NCBI GenBank assembly: GCA_965223155.1
Contig: CBDCVR010000015.1
Location: 96,001-160,000 of the forward strand
Reading direction: 5' to 3'
Origin: Candidatus Multivoradales bacterium
GTDB lineage: Bacteria; Acidobacteriota; Thermoanaerobaculia; Multivoradales; JAHEKO01
DNA: 64,000 nt
Positions 60,810 through 64,000 of the stretch are shown in pieces. The notes below the pieces were generated by a model. The model had not been told where the DNA came from. It did no database searches and saw only the letters and a list, made by a program, of their open reading frames with translations. The position numbers were made by a program, and so were the translations under genes. How positions within the stretch are numbered: position 1 is the first letter of the stretch; each line of letters opens with the position of its first letter.

Positions 60810-61996
60810 CACGCCTCTCCTGTCTCGGCCGCGGCGTTGCCGGCTGCGGCCACGACCTTCTCGGCGGCGTCGGCCATGTGCCCCGCCACCTGGAAGTCGA
60901 AGTCGGCTTCCTTGAGGATCCTGCGGCCTTCTTCGACGTTGGTTCCCTCCAGCCGGACGATCACCGGGACCTTGACGTCGCCCAGCTCCTCGATGGCGGC
61001 GACGACGCCGCGAGCGATGCGATCGGTACGCGCGATCCCGCCGAAGATGTTGATAAGCACCGCCCGTACGCTGGCGTCGGAGATCAGGATGCGGAAGGCG
61101 TTCTTGACCGCTTCCTGACTGGCCGAGCCGCCCACGTCCAGGAAGTTGGCCGGCTCGGCGCCGTAGAGCTTGATGATGTCCATGGTCGCCATGGCCAGGC
61201 CCGCGCCGTTGACCATGCAGCCGATCTCGCCGTCCAGCTTGATGTAGTTGAGATCGAACTCGGAAGCCTCGACCTCGAGCGGGTCTTCCTCGGCCAGATC
61301 CCGCATCGCCTCGATGTCCCGATGCCGGAAGAGCGCGTTGCCGTCGAACGACATCTTGGCGTCGAGGGCCATGACACGGCCGTCGCCGGTCACCAGGAGG
61401 GGGTTGATCTCGACCAGCGACGCGTCGGTGGCGAGATAGGCCCCGACCAGGGCGGAGACGAGCTTGGCGCCTTCCCGGGCGGTCTTGCCGGTCAGTCCCA
61501 ACAGGCGCGCCACCCGGCGCGCCTGAAAGGGCTGAAGGCCCAGGTGCGGATCCACCGGCTGCCGGATGATGGCCTCGGGTGTCTCTGCCGCGACCTCTTC
61601 GATGTCCATGCCTCCCGAAGCCGAAGCCATCACCAGAGGGCGGCCGTGCTCACGGTCCAGAATCACGCTTAGATAGAGCTCCCGGTCGATGTCCACCGCC
61701 TCCTCGACGAGCAGCCGCCGCACCTTCTGTCCCTCGGGCCCGGTCTGCTTGGTGACCAGCTGCATCCCCAGAATCGACTCGGCCAAGTCTCGGGCCTCCT
61801 CCGGAGAGCCGGCCAGCTTGACGCCGCCGCCTTTGCCCCGGCCGCCGGCGTGAATCTGTGCCTTGACCACGCACCGCCCGCCCAGCTCGGCGCACACATC
61901 AGAGGCCTTCGAGGCATCTTCGATCATCTCGCCGCGCGGCGTCGGGACGCCGTGTTGGCGCAGGATCTCCTTGGCTTGATACTCGTGAATCTTCAC
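60809..61996 (-). CDS. sucC: Succinyl-CoA synthetase beta subunit
   Basis: [44 protein letters not shown]. Confidence 0.98.
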   Translation of the reverse strand: MKIHEYQAKEILRQHGVPTPRGEMIEDASKASDVCAELGGRCVVKAQIHAGGRGKGGGVKLAGSPEEARDLAESILGMQLVTKQTGPEGQKVRRLLVEEAVDIDRELYLSVILDREHGRPLVMASASGGMDIEEVAAETPEAIIRQPVDPHLGLQPFQARRVARLLGLTGKTAREGAKLVSALVGAYLATDASLVEINPLLVTGDGRVMALDAKMSFDGNALFRHRDIEAMRDLAEEDPLEVEASEFDLNYIKLDGEIGCMVNGAGLAMATMDIIKLYGAEPANFLDVGGSASQEAVKNAFRILISDASVRAVLINIFGGIARTDRIARGVVAAIEELGDVKVPVIVRLEGTNVEEGRRILKEADFDFQVAGHMADAAEKVVAAAGNAAAETGEA

Positions 61997-62184
61997 GTTC
62001 CTCTCCTGTCCGCTGTCGTTGGAATCGGAGCGCGCGGCCGACGGCTCCCGGGACCGGTGAGTCTATCAGTTCGATTGGGCGGCACGAGGCTCCTCTCGAA
62101 GCGCCGGCACGGCCCGTCCGCGGGGATCTGGAAACGCTACCGGAGCGGCCTAGCGGCCCCCCAAACGATCGTCCAGAGGCTCGC

Positions 62185-64000
62185 CTACGGCACGCGCAAG
62201 ACGAGCACCGTCAGGTCGTCCTCACGAGGTCCCGAACCGGTGAATTCCTCGAGATCGGCCAGCACACCCCGGCGCAGCTCCCGCACCGACCCACCGGCAT
62301 GGCGGCGCAAGCTGCGCTCCAACCGGTCGAAGCCGAAGAGCTCGTCCGAGCCCGGAACCCGGGCTTCGACTACGCCGTCGCTGAACAAGAATAGGTAGTC
62401 GCCCGCGCCGAGGCGGGTAGAGCGCACGCGGACGTCCAGCTCGCCGCGCACCCCCAACGGATAGGACACCGATTCCAGGGATTCAACGTCGCCCCGGGAC
62501 GAGATCCGGTACGGGAAGAGGTGTCCGGCGCTGGCATAGAACATCTCCCGCCGCTCCGGGTCCAGCACCGCGTAGCAAAGGGTCGCGAGCAGCCGCTTGC
62601 GGGCGCTCTGATAGACCATCCGGTTCAGGGTGTTGAAGACGGCCGCGACCTCCGGGTTGAAGGTCACCTGAACGGCGAGAGCGGACTTTGCCATGGACAT
62701 GACCAGACCACTCGAAACGCCGTGGCCGGCGACGTCGCCAACCGCAACCGCAAGCCGGCCGTCCTCGAGAGCCAGGACGTCGTAGAAATCGCCGCCCACC
62801 TCGCTCGCCGGCAGGTAGCTGTGAGTCATCTCCACGCCGTTTAACTGCGGCGGCAGTTCGGGCAGGATCGAGGTCTGGATCCTGCGCGCGGTCTCCAGCT
62901 CGACCTTCTGCCGCTCGCGGTCGGCAATCCTGCGCACGTGCGGAGGGACGTCCTCGTAGCGGTAGACGAACTCCTTGCCCGCCCACAGGTTCTTGGCGCT
63001 GACCAGGAACGGGGCGGCCACGACCACGATCGCCAGCATGGCCTGGAGCTGCATCGCCGCGTCCTCGACCGTAAGGAAGGGCAGCGCGCCCAGGACCACG
63101 GTGACGGTCACGTTGGCCAGAATCGTCGTCAGCAAGCCGTAGCGCACGAAGAGCACGACCAGTGCCAGCGGCAGAAACAGCCAGAAGACCGGGCTCCAGC
63201 TCGTCGGGAAGACCACCAGCGGAGGGAAGAACAGGATCGCTCCGGCAAAGACGGCGATCGCGCCCGCAATCCAGGTGCCCAGCTTGCGCTCGAAGTACGA
63301 AACGATGAAAAGCCGCCCGAAGAGACCGTTGTAGAGCGCGATCACCAGGCTCAGAGCCACCAGCGGCACCGAGAACCAAGCGGCGCCGTCCCACCAGGGG
63401 CCGAACAGAAGCGAGGTCGAGGCCCAGACGTCGAAGGTCCGGATCCAGGCTGCCAGCGCGAGCAGAGCCGCGGCCACGGCCAGGCCCCCGGCAAATCCCC
63501 GCAGGGTCGCGCGCGCGAAGGTCGAGTTGGCCCACTGGCCCTTGAAGAGGGCGTCGAACGCGGCCAGGCGGGTCGCGTGCCGCTCCCGGGTCTGGGCCTC
63601 GCCCACCGACCAGCTCACGAACGCCGTCAAGCAGGTCGGGAAGAAGAACAGGACCAGAAGCTGAAACGCCACGACATAGGTAATCTGGGGCCGGGTCAGA
63701 ACGCCGATGGTCCAGCCCGCCGCCGCCCCCCTGCCGCAGAACAGCAACACGATGACGCCGCATGCCACTCCCAGGTACATGATCTGGAGGCCGCGCCGGA
63801 TCCCGATCTCGCCCTCGTGGTAGCGGCGCACGAACGGAATCATGACCAGCGGAACCAGTAGCACGGGCAGGAAGATCCAGCCTTGCTGGAGAACGGTGAG
63901 CGACTGCAACGTACGCTGGTAAGCGGTCCGGCCCGGGTCGTCGTAGTAGCGGGAGTAGCCGGTCAGCTGGTCGCCGGCAAAGGTGACTTCAACGCCGTGC
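62185..64000 (-). CDS. Multi-TM PP2C/SpoIIE (RsbU-like) Ser/Thr phosphatase, 5'-truncated by the window edge
   Basis: ELETARRIQ, VGGDFYD, GDVAGHG, SAGH, SDGVVE, DDLT; frame open to 64000. Confidence 0.9.
   Translation of the reverse strand, partial: HGVEVTFAGDQLTGYSRYYDDPGRTAYQRTLQSLTVLQQGWIFLPVLLVPLVMIPFVRRYHEGEIGIRRGLQIMYLGVACGVIVLLFCGRGAAAGWTIGVLTRPQITYVVAFQLLVLFFFPTCLTAFVSWSVGEAQTRERHATRLAAFDALFKGQWANSTFARATLRGFAGGLAVAAALLALAAWIRTFDVWASTSLLFGPWWDGAAWFSVPLVALSLVIALYNGLFGRLFIVSYFERKLGTWIAGAIAVFAGAILFFPPLVVFPTSWSPVFWLFLPLALVVLFVRYGLLTTILANVTVTVVLGALPFLTVEDAAMQLQAMLAIVVVAAPFLVSAKNLWAGKEFVYRYEDVPPHVRRIADRERQKVELETARRIQTSILPELPPQLNGVEMTHSYLPASEVGGDFYDVLALEDGRLAVAVGDVAGHGVSSGLVMSMAKSALAVQVTFNPEVAAVFNTLNRMVYQSARKRLLATLCYAVLDPERREMFYASAGHLFPYRISSRGDVESLESVSYPLGVRGELDVRVRSTRLGAGDYLFLFSDGVVEARVPGSDELFGFDRLERSLRRHAGGSVRELRRGVLADLEEFTGSGPREDDLTVLVLRVP

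Overview
A 64-kb, very GC-rich window of core chromosome from a diderm bacterium. The gene set suggests Acidobacteriota, probably Thermoanaerobaculia-like; this is an inference, not a database result. Housekeeping content: purH, lolA, a polyprenyl synthase, the kdsB-pyrG-kdsA-kdsD-kdsC-lpxL operon, tatA/tatC, an S41 protease, rpmG (absent from the ORF track), three tRNAs (Asp, Val, one CAU), sodA, tilS-hpt-ftsH-cdaA-cdaR-glmM-pdxJ, recD2, uppP, glnA, sdhCAB, pcnB, sucCD and ndk. Regulators include a Ser/Thr kinase, two ECF-like sigma factors, a sigma54 activator, an ArsR protein and a PP2C phosphatase. There is also a small glycan-modification cluster. I saw no mobile element, CRISPR array or rRNA. 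The most unusual signals: (1) a tRNA(CAU)-tilS-hpt-ftsH module in which tilS has no ATG/GTG/TTG upstream of its catalytic PP-loop and the full-length HPRT homolog has lost essentially every catalytic residue; (2) a triad-dead S51 peptidase homolog between sucD and ndk; (3) a Cys-rich ECF-like sigma gene behind a promoter, an intrinsic terminator and an SD-sequestering hairpin; (4) a consensus sigma54 promoter on a Cys-free ArsR gene; (5) recurrent leaderless-gene geometry.
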